This document shows positions 18,973 through 30,734 of a stretch of DNA of 64,000 nt, piece after piece. A program made the position numbers and the translations under genes. The stretch is from positions 42,820 through 106,819 of the IMG/VR virus record IMGVR_UViG_3300042451_001197. The stretch is one strand, 5' to 3'. The notes below the pieces were generated by a model. That model was given only the letters and a program-made list of their open reading frames with translations. It was not told where the DNA came from and did no database searches. The first letter of the stretch is position 1, and each line of letters opens with the position of its first letter. The DNA comes from a virus.

Positions 18973-19731
18973 TTAATGTTCGGCATCCTGATTTACTTCT
19001 ATGTTATCAATATTTTGTTCCAAGTTGTTTAATATCTTAAATTCATTTGTTTCTTCAGTATAAACAATATAACTATTATTTTCAATCCAATCACCACAAT
19101 TTAGATAATGTATTCCGTTAATAGTTTTATTTTCAGGTTTATGAATATGTCCACAAATTACCCCAATACAATTTCTTTTTTTAGCCTCATCAGCTAATTG
19201 ATTTTCATAATTAGTAATAAACTTAACCGCGTTCTTTACTTTGTCTTTTGCCCACTTACTTAATGATTTTCTATATCCAATAGATTTCAAAAACATATCA
19301 ATTGTAATTGCTAATTCATAACCAAATGAACCTAACTTACCTAACCACTTTAATTTAACAATACCATCGTATAAATCTCCGTGTGTTATGTAATAGTTGT
19401 TCCATACATACTCATCACAAATTTTAATGTTATTTCCAAATTTTATTGGGGTGTATTCTCTTAAAAAGTCATCGTGATTTCCTGTAATGTAAACTACCTC
19501 ACAACCTTTCTTAGACATTGATAATATTCTCTTAATAACTGAAGTGTAGTTATCAGTCCAAAAATGTCTTTTCTTTAATAACCAACCATCAATAAAGTCA
19601 CCGACAATGAATAGTTTTTTAGGTTTATATTTCTTCAGTATTGTTAGTAGTTCTTTTGATTTAGAACCTTTACTACCTAAATGTACATCTGAAATGAAAA
19701 GTGCATCTATTTTAATCTTTTTTGGTTTCAT
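18973..19731 (-). CDS. calcineurin-like metallophosphoesterase (UDP-2,3-diacylglucosamine hydrolase-like)
   Basis: ISDVHLG, GDFIDGW, GNHD, HGD, CGHIH, NCGDWIE. Confidence 0.88.
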   Translation of the reverse strand: MKPKKIKIDALFISDVHLGSKGSKSKELLTILKKYKPKKLFIVGDFIDGWLLKKRHFWTDNYTSVIKRILSMSKKGCEVVYITGNHDDFLREYTPIKFGNNIKICDEYVWNNYYITHGDLYDGIVKLKWLGKLGSFGYELAITIDMFLKSIGYRKSLSKWAKDKVKNAVKFITNYENQLADEAKKRNCIGVICGHIHKPENKTINGIHYLNCGDWIENNSYIVYTEETNEFKILNNLEQNIDNIEVNQDAEH

Positions 19732-20035
19732 TATCTTGAACTTTAAAATTATTGATTGGATAATCTAATTCTATTTCCCACCCCTTATGTTTTTTATGTA
19801 CAAAGTATAGTAAGTTTTGAACCTTGTCTGCATGATTCATATTCGTTAGCTTAAAGGTCATTTCCTTGACATACTTTCCATTGTCGATTGAGTATTCAAT
19901 TGCACTTAATGTTGCCACTGTATCCTTTTCATATAGGATTGTATTGTCTATGGAATGAAATCCTGTCGTGTCAATCTTTTTGATTGATGTACACCCAATT
20001 AAGAGTGTTGATAGTAGTATTGTTAGTTTTTTCAT
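19712..20035 (-). CDS. putative lipoprotein
   Basis: Signal peptide with LLIGC lipobox. Confidence 0.6.
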   Translation of the reverse strand: MKKLTILLSTLLIGCTSIKKIDTTGFHSIDNTILYEKDTVATLSAIEYSIDNGKYVKEMTFKLTNMNHADKVQNLLYFVHKKHKGWEIELDYPINNFKVQDNETKKD

Positions 20036-20190
20036 ATTGTGTTGTTTAATAAATGTATTCTCCTACTAATTGAGTAAGACCTTGTGAGTTAGTTGTTGTT
20101 TTAGGTATTGATTGACCAAAGAAATTGACCATATGCGCAAAATTCTGTTTCCATAACACAAAGATACAATTATTTTAATTGAAAAACAAA

Positions 20191-20766
20191 TTAATATTTG
20201 TCATAATATTCCCAAACTTCATCCAATTGAGATGGGTCAACAATAAAAGATTCCCAATCATCTTTTGCTACTTCAACATCCCTAACATCAATATAAAATG
20301 TTTTGGGTGTGAATGGGAATGATTTAACATATCCTCGTTTGTCAATCATTAAATTTCTATCTCCGTTCAACCAATCTTCTTCATTTAACCAACATCTTCC
20401 ACTCCAAGTAATTCCTCTTTGGTCACGTTTGATGATAGCATCAATGTAGTAAGGTTTTCCATCTTTACCATCTTTGAATAAACCCGAACAACGTTTGTTT
20501 TGATACCAGGGTTTGCCATCACCTAAATCTCTAACATCACTCCATTCTTCGTCTTTACCTGTAATAGGTTGTAGTGATTCGTACTTAGCCAATTTATGAA
20601 ATAAACTAGCAACCATCGGTGCTGACATTCCCGAATGTCCTTGTTTGGAAAATAATTCAATTAATTCCATTACGGATTTACCAGTGGCTCCTTCATAGAA
20701 GTCTCCTTTTTTATCAAATAGTCCCGCTATTTCGAGTTCCATTTTCGCGTGTTCAATTAGTCCCAT
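20191..20766 (-). CDS. conserved phage hypothetical protein (QGHSGMSA..QNKRCS)
   Basis: ORF track. Confidence 0.75.
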   Translation of the reverse strand: MGLIEHAKMELEIAGLFDKKGDFYEGATGKSVMELIELFSKQGHSGMSAPMVASLFHKLAKYESLQPITGKDEEWSDVRDLGDGKPWYQNKRCSGLFKDGKDGKPYYIDAIIKRDQRGITWSGRCWLNEEDWLNGDRNLMIDKRGYVKSFPFTPKTFYIDVRDVEVAKDDWESFIVDPSQLDEVWEYYDKY

Positions 20767-20839
20767 ATTTTTATTTTACTTGTTTTTTCATATTTTTTAT
20801 TTAAGTTAAAAATACTAAATTTTAATCACATAAACAAGT

Positions 20840-21510
20840 CTATTTTTCTCTATATAATATCGCATCCTTCCAGAAATATCCTGAGTGTACTTTACCTATA
20901 TCAAGTCGTGATACCCAATAATACACTTGAGTATCTCTATTGATAGAAGTTATGGTTACATATTCAATTCCATATTGTTCTTTATCAAAGTCGGATGCTT
21001 TTAGTTTGTCTCCTACGTTATATAGGTACTTGTTACTGATTGGTGTGTCTTTGGGTTTTGGTCTTCCTCTATCTCCTCCTATTCTATTGTCTGTAAATTG
21101 TCCCATTATCTTATTTGAAATTTAGTTACAACCCAATCAAAATCATTGTAATCTGTTACCTTGAAGTAATAATGTCCACCTGTTCGTTCGCATCTAAATT
21201 TTAATAACCACAAATCTGTATGTTTCAATTCTTCAATTATTTCTTCATTACCTGACCAACCATAAGTGTGGATTTCCAATAGTCCATTTTCATATTCAAT
21301 CGCGTCCTTATAAGTCCAAATGGTTTTAATGTATTCAATTAGTTCATCAAACTTTCCTTTTCCAAAAAACTTTCCTGTTTTCACTTCTATAATAGAACTA
21401 TTAGCTGACCAATTTTTAATATAGTCTAACGCTTCTGGAGTCGGATATCCTTCCTTATCTATTAATGTTTTTGGGTATTCCCAATGTACTATTGAACTCA
21501 TATTATTCAT
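20840..21510 (-). CDS. two hypothetical genes (20840-21106; 21106-21510 with GWSGNEEII..GGHY)
   Basis: ORF track. Confidence 0.65.
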
Positions 21511-21903
21511 CTTTATCTGTTAATCTATATTCCAAATGACAATAACCATTGTAAAGAATTAATGTTATAAAAAACCACCAATTACCAACTGATGGGTCAA
21601 CCTTTTTAATCATAATATCAAGTGCCACGATAACCATAAACCCAAACATTATTTTGAAAAAGTATTTGAAGTAATGTCCCATATTAGTTTTGTTTTTTTA
21701 TTCTATCTTTTTTACATCCCAATTTATAACATTCATCAGTCATATGAAAAGCCATACAAGTACAGGTAGTATCAAGTTTTTTAATCAAATTATTCAATAC
21801 ACTATATGAGAAATGTTCAAATGTAGTTTCATCGTGATTTAAAAAATAATCTCTAATTGACTTAATGTCTTTATATTCTTGTTCTGATAAATGTAATTGC
21901 ATA

Positions 21904-23467
21904 TTAATCTTGTTTGTTTAATGAGTCGATAATGTATTTAAAAAATTCACTCATATCCATTTTATACTCAACATCTCCTTCTTTAAAAGTATCCCATTTT
22001 GTAGCCATAAACATAAGATTGATAACATCCTCCTCTGTGTATTTATACTTGGACATTTCCATAGCTTGTTGATGCCAATGGTCAGATTCAGATTGCCAAT
22101 ACTCCACATCTTTAACCATCTCTTCCTGACATTTAGTATAACCTTTGATATAACCCATAGGTGCTGCCGTAAAAAATGGATTATGTAGATTATCTTTATA
22201 TTCCTCGTTGGCTAGTTTTTCTATTTCTCCCCTAGTTTTCATATTAGGATTTTGTTTCACACTAATATCTATTAAATTAAAATGTTTACATACTGCAGAT
22301 GTTCTTTGATATTGACCACATTCGCTACAAGTATAACCACCACCTAGTATTGGATTTTCCATATTAATCTTGTTTGTTTAGTAATTGGATTATTTGATAA
22401 TCATTATATTCAAATTCTTTTTCGGTTTCCCATTCAGATATTCTCGTTACCCTTATTCCTTCCCTTGCCATTTCTATTGCCTTTATAATATCTTCCTCTG
22501 TATATTTCTTATCTTTACCATCTTCCTGACATTTTTGATAACCAATAATAAATCCATCACAAAATATATGTTCTTCTTCTTTTGTGGAAGTTATTAGGAC
22601 AAACTTTTCAAGAGAACCCAAAGTATTCTTGGCAAGTATTTCAATTTCTTCTTGTGTTTTCATATTAGTCTTGTTTGTTTAATTCATTAAACCATTCATC
22701 AAATTTAACTCTTGGTAATCTTTCATTACCACTATGGGTTCTGCCTTCTGAGTGAAAAGTATCTAACACCAATTTACCAAACTCATATAGTTCTTTAGTC
22801 ATATCTTTCTGACATTGGATATACCCATCTTGAAAACAAGCATTAACCAGATACTTACCTAATTTATCAGAGACATCCTCATGCGTAGTTGCAAAATTTT
22901 CTCCCATCTGTTTTATTTCTTGTTTAGTCTTCATTGTCTTTTTTGTTTAGTGAGTTAATATATGCTTGAAATATCTCTTGTTTTGTCTTATTGTTACAGA
23001 GCATTTCCACCACTTCCATACCTAATGACCAATCTAAAAAGCCAACCATATCTTCCTCTGTGTATTTCCTATTGATATTATCCTGTTTACATCTTTTATA
23101 ACCAATAATGAATCCATCATAAAATAAAGTTTCTTCTTCATTTGTTGATGTTATACAAACTTCTTTCTCAATAGTTTTTAATGTTTCTTTAGCCAAAATT
23201 TCAATTTTATTTTCATCCATTTTGTTACTTGTTTAGTTTAATAAAATCCCTCACAACATTTTTATCGGTATGTGAGTACCACTCCCTTCTTAATTTTAAA
23301 ATAGTATGTAAATCTTCCTCAGTATATTTCTTATCAGCCATATCTTCTTGGCATTGAGTGTAACCTAAAACACAACCTTCATAAACAGATTGTTTATGTT
23401 GGTCATTAATAGATTCTGTGTCAACAATGTTACTACAAATATTTTCTATTTCTTTTTTAGTTTTCAT
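21904..23467 (-). repeat. tandem family of five small paralogous genes (GY.xCQED..KKYTEED..LNKQD)
   Basis: 21904-22362, 22364-22663, 22665-22934, 22924-23220 and 23225-23467 share motifs. Confidence 0.8.
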
Positions 23468-23804
23468 TCTCCAATAATTTTTTAATTTCAGGCTTAAAAT
23501 CCAAATAATCCAAATCTGGGTCACAAACATTATCTACCAAAACTTCATAACCCATCAAAATTCTCATATGAATATGTGAGATATTTGAACGATAATAATC
23601 AAAATAATATTCATAAACAAACCCTCTTTCATCATCCTCACAATGTTTGATTATAGGTCCGAAATCTTCATCTTCCAACCAATCTTCTTTGAGTCTTTCC
23701 CATTCGTGGGAATTTTCGGGGTCAATCCGTGATAATTCATCAGTAAATTGTAACCAAGTTCTTAGTTTATTCCTATGTTCTATCGGTGCCTTCGCCATTC
23801 TCAT
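23457..23804 (-). CDS. hypothetical acidic protein
   Basis: ATG at 23804 four nt after TATCTTTG. Confidence 0.7.
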   Translation of the reverse strand: MRMAKAPIEHRNKLRTWLQFTDELSRIDPENSHEWERLKEDWLEDEDFGPIIKHCEDDERGFVYEYYFDYYRSNISHIHMRILMGYEVLVDNVCDPDLDYLDFKPEIKKLLENEN

Positions 23805-23846
23805 AATACAAAGATACAAAATTGTTTTGAATTAAACAAATTTTTT

Positions 23847-24560
23847 TTAAAATTCCCTTTCCTTTTCCATTCGTTTTAAACAATCTAATGGAGTTTCGTT
23901 TGGTAATAATTCATAACCACATCCAAGTGTGCCGCCCTTCCAACTACTTTTTCTCTTACCACATTCTTTTGAAAAATGTACATCAATTGTTCTTCTTGTT
24001 TTGGCGAATAAACTTGTCCATTTTAACCATTTTGGTCGCCACTCTCTTTCATCAACATAAATGGTTGTAGGTATAATTTCTCCATCATAAGAATCTGTAT
24101 AGTCATATGCCCAAGATTTCTGTTTTTGTTTCCATTCATCATTATAGAAATCTTTCTTATTTCCTTTGGTTTCATGTTCCCAAGTATCATCATTTAATAA
24201 AATTGATGTTCTAACCCAATCCATAGTAAGGAATGGTATATTCCAAGTCCACCATTTATTCCCACCTTTCATATTTCCTTCCCCTCCTCGATGAACCCAA
24301 AGTGTATTGTCAAATATGGTAATTCCATATTTGGGTGGAACACATTCATCAGTCCATTCGTTTCTAAATGGTAGAACTAAACTTAAACTAAAGAATATAA
24401 GGTCTAAATTAATCCTGGGTCGATTATCGAAATAACCACATTTTTCATAACTGATGTCAAAATTCCATCCCCAGTAAAAAATTACCCAATCATTATAATC
24501 ATAATCATTTTTACTTGTTGTTGAGATGTAATAACATTTGTCTCTTTTTCTAAATTTCAT
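23847..24560 (-). CDS. Trp-rich hypothetical protein
   Basis: 237-aa ORF. Confidence 0.7.
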   Translation of the reverse strand: MKFRKRDKCYYISTTSKNDYDYNDWVIFYWGWNFDISYEKCGYFDNRPRINLDLIFFSLSLVLPFRNEWTDECVPPKYGITIFDNTLWVHRGGEGNMKGGNKWWTWNIPFLTMDWVRTSILLNDDTWEHETKGNKKDFYNDEWKQKQKSWAYDYTDSYDGEIIPTTIYVDEREWRPKWLKWTSLFAKTRRTIDVHFSKECGKRKSSWKGGTLGCGYELLPNETPLDCLKRMEKEREF

Positions 24561-25035
24561 AATTCATTTAATTTTATTTGTTTTTAAACCTTCCATTCCC
24601 GCTTTTATTATTGCCGCAATTGCCCACCATCCAAGTAAAATTACTATAAAGTCAAATCTAAGTTCTTTCCCCCACAAACCAGGGTTCAATTGCCATTTGA
24701 AAAAACTGATGATTAGATAAAATAGTATCGTACCTACTCCGGCTATGATTGTATATGTTTTCATATTTTTTATTTTAATTTTTTCAGTTCATCACTTAGT
24801 TTTAATAGTTCCTCCGCCAATTTAGTTTTACCGTAAAAACAATTATCACAAGAACAATTAGGTTTCCTTTTTTTTCTGTCTATTATTTCATCATCATCCA
24901 AAGTACAATCTGGATTTCTTTTATCGTAATAACAGAGTGATTCTAAGATTTCTGAATATTCCATATTTTTAGTTTATATAATACAAAGATATGAAATTAA
25001 TTTTAAATTACAAAATTTAATTTTCAGAATTCATT

Positions 25036-25446
25036 CTAATTTTGTAACTCTAGATTTTCATAGATATTATCTATAACAATAAGATCGTAACCATCTATCG
25101 TAATATTTTTATGTGTTTGGTGTATCCCAACCATATCACCATATTCTTCTTTGGAATAAATGAATCTAAGATTGAATTTTGATTCTCTTCCACTCCATTC
25201 TACCACATATGTTCTTGACCAATCTTTAACGACATCGCCTTCATATATTTCTTTACCATTTTTGTCTTTTAGTCCAATATATTCTCTTCGAATTAAATTA
25301 TCCACACTCATAACACCTTTATTCCACTTAGTCATGGCATTGGAGTTAAATTCTGTTACAGACCATTCCCATTCCCCATAATGATTAATTCGTTCATAAC
25401 CAAAATGTTTATTGTCGCGTAAAACTTCAAATTTAATTTCTTTCAT
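25036..25446 (-). CDS. YopX family protein
   Basis: MKEIKF..YIGLKDKNGKEIYEGDVV..VIDNIYEN. Confidence 0.85.
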   Translation of the reverse strand: MKEIKFEVLRDNKHFGYERINHYGEWEWSVTEFNSNAMTKWNKGVMSVDNLIRREYIGLKDKNGKEIYEGDVVKDWSRTYVVEWSGRESKFNLRFIYSKEEYGDMVGIHQTHKNITIDGYDLIVIDNIYENLELQN

Positions 25447-25447
25447 T

Positions 25448-25756
25448 CTAGTCATTTTTTAATATTTTTGACAATTCTTCTGGTGTGGGATTTCTTCTTT
25501 CATTACACATAAGACACTCCATCTTAGTAAATTCCTTAGGGTATGTATGAGTTCTTTCCCACCTATGTTCACCCCCATTTAAACAATCCGCTTTATATGA
25601 TTCATAGTAATAGACTATTGATGTGGTATAAGTGAAATTTTTGCCACAATCATCACATTCTTGTTGATAGGTTTCACCCTCTTCATAACCATAACCATCA
25701 TCGTGGTTGATTTCTTGTCCTTTTTCACAATATGGGCATTCTACATCATAACTCAT
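25448..25756 (-). CDS. zinc-finger protein
   Basis: Multiple CxxC pairs. Confidence 0.7.
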   Translation of the reverse strand: MSYDVECPYCEKGQEINHDDGYGYEEGETYQQECDDCGKNFTYTTSIVYYYESYKADCLNGGEHRWERTHTYPKEFTKMECLMCNERRNPTPEELSKILKND

Positions 25757-25805
25757 AATATTTATTTTTTTACGAAAATACGAAATTAATTTTAAATTAC
25801 AAAAT

Positions 25806-26042
25806 TTAAATCACTTCTTCAAGAAATTGTTTATATAATTTCAAGGCTAATTGACTATTTTGTAACTGACTTCTATAATGAGTTATAGTGACACTAAAAT
25901 CTGTTTCGGGACAAATTAATTTAACCCCCTGATGTAGTGGTACTCCAACAGATTGTCCTCCACTTGAAAGTCTATCTGGTGGATATCTTTCAACCTTAAT
26001 TTGATTGAGTAATCTTTCGATTATTTCTTCTTTAGTTACCAT
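25806..26042 (-). CDS. minimal release-factor (RF-1/ArfB-like) GGQ domain protein
   Basis: SGGQSV..GVKL...RSQLQN..LA matches the peptidyl-tRNA hydrolase domain pattern; likely start MVTKEE. Confidence 0.65.
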   Translation of the reverse strand: MVTKEEIIERLLNQIKVERYPPDRLSSGGQSVGVPLHQGVKLICPETDFSVTITHYRSQLQNSQLALKLYKQFLEEVI

Positions 26043-26044
26043 AA

Positions 26045-26710
26045 TTAATATCCGTAATAAAACATTACATTTTTCTCCCAATCAAATGATTTATAAATTC
26101 TAACGAGTTCGAAGATACCATATTCGTATTTCCAACTAGTTGTTATTTGATCTCCTTTTTCTAAATTAAATGGGGTTAAATAATTCCATTCTGATCTCAT
26201 ACTTCTAATATGTTCTATAATTTCAAAAAGAGCCGTTTGTTGGTCATCTGTTATTTTAGTAAAATCAAACTTATACTTGTTTTTAATACCATAATCAACT
26301 TTAATACTATTTAGAAAATCATTATCTCTTTTATCAAATTTACCATCCCCAAAAAAAGGGGTTATCATTTCGTTATAATAATCAGTAATATTTGATTTAT
26401 AAGTCCCTATAAGGTATTTTAAAAATTCGGGCGTAACCACCCAAAAGTCATATTCTTCATATCTGTCTTTCATTTCTTTTTTCTTAAAGAATGGTTTCAT
26501 ACATCCTTTAGGTGGGTTGAAGTCGGTATATTTTCCGAAATTATATAACTCTTTACCGTATTCATAAACTCCTTTGTACCAATAGTCTGTACCATCATAT
26601 TCTTTTTCAAGTTCAATCCCGTAAAACTCTCTAACTTGTTCAGAGGTCATTGATTTAATCTTGTTATATTCTTTTTTAGGTATTTCCGCTATGTATGTTC
26701 TATATCCCAT
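26045..26710 (-). CDS. hypothetical protein
   Basis: 221-aa ORF. Confidence 0.7.
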   Translation of the reverse strand: MGYRTYIAEIPKKEYNKIKSMTSEQVREFYGIELEKEYDGTDYWYKGVYEYGKELYNFGKYTDFNPPKGCMKPFFKKKEMKDRYEEYDFWVVTPEFLKYLIGTYKSNITDYYNEMITPFFGDGKFDKRDNDFLNSIKVDYGIKNKYKFDFTKITDDQQTALFEIIEHIRSMRSEWNYLTPFNLEKGDQITTSWKYEYGIFELVRIYKSFDWEKNVMFYYGY

Positions 26711-26711
26711 C

Positions 26712-28482
26712 TTATTTGTTAATTCTGTAAATGAATAATGTATCTACCTTTTTACCATCGGTTGTGAGTTTAATCTCTGGTGTAATTCTTTTTGGTGATT
26801 CAATAGATTTTTCTTTGAAGTAGTCATAACTTATATACCCACCAAAACCTATTGTACCTATAATTCCGATGATTGTTAATGTAACTAAACAACCTATCGC
26901 TTTTCCTAATCCTTCCATTTTAGTTATGTTTTATTATTTCAAATTGTTTCCCACTCATTACTTTGAGAGAGTTTACCCAATCACAAGCCTCTTCGTAGGT
27001 CACAAAGGATTGGTAAGCGTGTTGTTTGTGTTCAAGATTAATCGTAACTTTTGGTCTATTCCAAACATTTGTATCGTTATCGATTAAGTAACCTGACTTA
27101 ATCAAATCTTCTCTTGTACTTGGAGTTTGGTCCCATTCATAATCAAAACTACCATTTTTATAGGACCCATACATATAAAACCCTTCTTCGTGGTACCTAT
27201 CCAATTTAATTAAACCAAAGAAAGTTGTTTTTTGTTTTCTTGGTAACCATTTGTAGTAGGAAGGGGATTTATCAAATATCTCAATTCCAACTATTCTACT
27301 TACATCAAAGTGTATTTCTCTTTTCATATTATTTTCTTTTAGGTGTTTCGTAATTTTCTTTTAACCAATTCCAAATATCATTTAGGTTTGTTAAATCTTG
27401 GTCACAAATGTTTTTAAATATATCGTCCCAAGTTTCTTCATCCGGTATGATGAATATATCTTCAGTAATATCCATTCTAGGTAAAAAATTCTTAATAAAA
27501 TTAACCTCTCTACCCTCAACCCAATATGTTGATAAATCTGGATTGATTAAACTTATTTTAGATACTTCAGTTTCAAAAACAATTTGTTTTACATCCCCAG
27601 GACTACCTTTATAATGGGGGTCATTATCCCAATACTTAACAACCCATCCCTTTTCTGTTTTATGTAATGTTCCTGTCATATTAAAAACTTACGAGATTTA
27701 ATTGTTTTTTTCCACTTTCCACATTTTCAATATCTTTCTTTAACCATTCAATTTTGTTGGTATTATATCTAATGTCATTCTCAAGTTCAACTATTTTATT
27801 TTTTAAACCTTGGATAACAACATCTTTCGACATTTCAGTTCCTTTCTTAATTAGATATTTTGCACGATATCCTTTATGAATTCCCAAAAACACCACATCT
27901 TCTTTGTTATAGTATTTTGATTTCCACTCATTAATTTCCTCCATTTCACCCAGATTACATAAAAACTTTATATCACCTTTAGTTTTAATTTCATCCATAG
28001 AATTAAAAGTTTTATTATCAGAGGACCAATATGTGTCCTCATAATAGGTAACACCATTTCTTTCCTTTTCAATTAATATACCGTCAAAACAATGGTATAA
28101 ATCTCTATTTGGATTTTGTTTTATAAATTCCTCCGAATAACGGAATCGGTAAACATCGTTTTTCATATCACTTTCTACAGATTATTAAACTATCATTTTC
28201 CATTACAACATCACTTACCTCAATTGTCTTATTGGTTTGTTTGTTGACTAATATTACTGACTCCATACGCTTACCTACTTGATATGTAACTGAGTTTAAA
28301 TTACTATTAAGTACCGCAACATTAATTGAATGTCCTCGACCAGTTGAAACATTATATATTTTTAAACCTTTCAATTCTGTTGGAAGATTTTTATGGTCAT
28401 CCAAAAGGATTTCTGACGTTCCTGGGTCTGAACAACTTGATATTAATAATAAAGTTGTTATTGTTAAAATTATTTTTTTCAT
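26712..28482 (-). CDS. run of small hypothetical genes (26712-26918 membrane; 26920-27327; 27329-27679; 27681-28166; 28168-28482 lipoprotein)
   Basis: ORF track; tightly packed on one strand. Confidence 0.6.
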
Positions 28483-29767
28483 TTTTTCTTCTTAGATTTT
28501 GATTTGGTTTCAAATTCTTCGGTATGTTCGTATGCTCCGTCAGGACCTATTTGAAAGTCGTCAGATACAAAAGGCGGCTCATCTTCTAATCCATCCATTA
28601 ATGTTACATCCCATATAGTTAAATCTTCACGTAATGATATTCTAGCGTATTTAATCGCTTCAAACGATAATGTCTCTCCACGAGTAGGTTCTAAGTCTTT
28701 TGGTATATAAGGAATTATTTCAAAGTCTACTTCATCACCATCTTTATAAAATCCTTGTTTACCTGATTGTTCACCTAACCACCAGTTTTGATTTGGTTCT
28801 ATTGGTGTTGGTTTTCCATCGTGTTTAACAAACCAACTATCTTCTGTTTTATGTAGAGTGCCTTTCATATGTTATTTTGTTTTAGGTGATTCTAAATTTT
28901 CCTTCAGCCAATTCCAAACCATTTTTCTATATTCCTCGTCCCAAGTTTCAAACTCTTCGGTGTGTTCACATACTCCGTCAGCTCCGTCAAATTCTTCGGT
29001 ATGTTCGTATGCTCCGTCAGGACCTATTTGAAAGTCATCAGATATATATGGTGGTTCATCTTCCAATCCATCCATTAATGTTACATCCCAATCAGATAGG
29101 TCATCAGAATAAGTTTCGTTGTAGTATTCTTCACCCTTTTTAAGTACTTCTTTTAGGTGATGTGTTTTTAATCCACTTCCGTGAACAACAGAATATATTA
29201 CCTGTTCTTTCTCCATTTCTTTAGCTTGTTCAAAAGCCTTTGAACCTTCCTGAATTGTTGCTTCTTGGTTATCATTGAACCATCTAAATAACCACTCAAC
29301 CGCGGTTTGTTTTTTATTTTCCATAAATTTCATTATAATAATTTTCAGCGTCTTTAGCTCCACCCCAATCTGAACATCCGTATTTTACCGCACTACATAT
29401 TTGTTCCTTTTCCTCTTCTAATAACTCAACCGCCTTGTCGATTGCTTCTCCAAAGCTAAGTGTTTTTTGTGGGTGTTTGAGTAACATTTCATCACCCCAA
29501 GATATTAGTTCTTGTAATGCTGTTCGTTTTTTATTTTCCATAAATTTTGTTATAATCTTCTTCAAAATCATTATCTGTTGGTGAATCATAACAACCGCAT
29601 GAGTAGTCATCACCTCTATAAAAAAAATCTTTCATTTGTTTTTTTTCCATTTCTTTGGCTTTGATGGCGATATCTTCAGGTATTCCAAAATCCAAATCAT
29701 AGTTTTCGTCATTTAAACGACTAACTTCTCCGAGTAACCACTCAACTGCAGTTTGTTTCTTTTCCAT
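28479..29767 (-). repeat. mosaic family of small genes sharing swapped modules
   Basis: WDVTLMDGLEDEPP..DDFQIGPDGAYEHTEEF duplicated near 28510-28614 and 28987-29090; KQTAVEWL..AKEMEK.Q shared. Confidence 0.75.
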
Positions 29768-30267
29768 TACTTTAAAAACTTTAAAATCTTTTCTTTAATT
29801 CCACATTGTTTGATACCTTCTTTACTCCGAGGTGTTTGAACGAAGTTACTTAAATAACTTAAATCCATATCATCAACCGCAACCCAATGTGTAACTTCGG
29901 GATGTTCTTTTAACCAATCCTGTATCTCAAAACAACGAGTCATTTCCAACTCATTACCAGGATGAACATCTTTGAATAATTTCCAATCCAAGTCATTACG
30001 AGTATAATCAATTGGTGACTTTTTAATTCCACGAATCTTATATAGTTCCTTCATCTGTTCCAAGGTACAATGAAATCTCCAATCAGAACTAACCACGATT
30101 TCACAATCTGTTTCTTCTATAATTTGGTTTAATGTTTTGATTGCTTTGTCATTGAATCGGTCGAATAAAGAATCAAACCCTTCTTTGTTTTTAAAACGTG
30201 AACCCCATTCTGTGGACAAACAAATTACCGAATCGTGGTCCAAGAAAATTATCTTATTTGTTTTCAT
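29767..30267 (-). CDS. HAD-superfamily protein (Swiss-Army-Knife RNA repair-like)
   Basis: IIFLDHDSV, IVVSSDWR, WVAVDD. Confidence 0.8.
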   Translation of the reverse strand: MKTNKIIFLDHDSVICLSTEWGSRFKNKEGFDSLFDRFNDKAIKTLNQIIEETDCEIVVSSDWRFHCTLEQMKELYKIRGIKKSPIDYTRNDLDWKLFKDVHPGNELEMTRCFEIQDWLKEHPEVTHWVAVDDMDLSYLSNFVQTPRSKEGIKQCGIKEKILKFLK

Positions 30268-30734
30268 ATCACAAAGATACGAAATTAATTTGAAATAAAC
30301 AAATAATTTAAAAAAAATTAATCAAAATTATTACCTTTGAACCTGTCATTATCCAAATCATCGACATATGATTTTAGGTTGGAGAGTTCAATTGATATTC
30401 TTCTATTCTCATCTTCAAGGATTCTATTATCTTCCAATTTTTCTGAGAATATTGTGTAACCATATTCGATAATGGACATCTCATTATCCGTTAAATCTTC
30501 GACGCTAACGGATATTCTGTTTGACATCATCTCAACATATCTTTCCTTTAAGGTTTTAATTTTAAATGGTTTTTCCATAATCAGAATTCTTTTTCCAACA
30601 TTCAAACATTTTTTCAAGCCATTCAGGTCCGTCATCATAGGTTAGACCATCAATCTCTGCGTGAGTATTCCTGATAACCCAAGATGTCCAATTTAATAAC
30701 CAATTTTCCATATTACAAAGATACGAAATTATTT

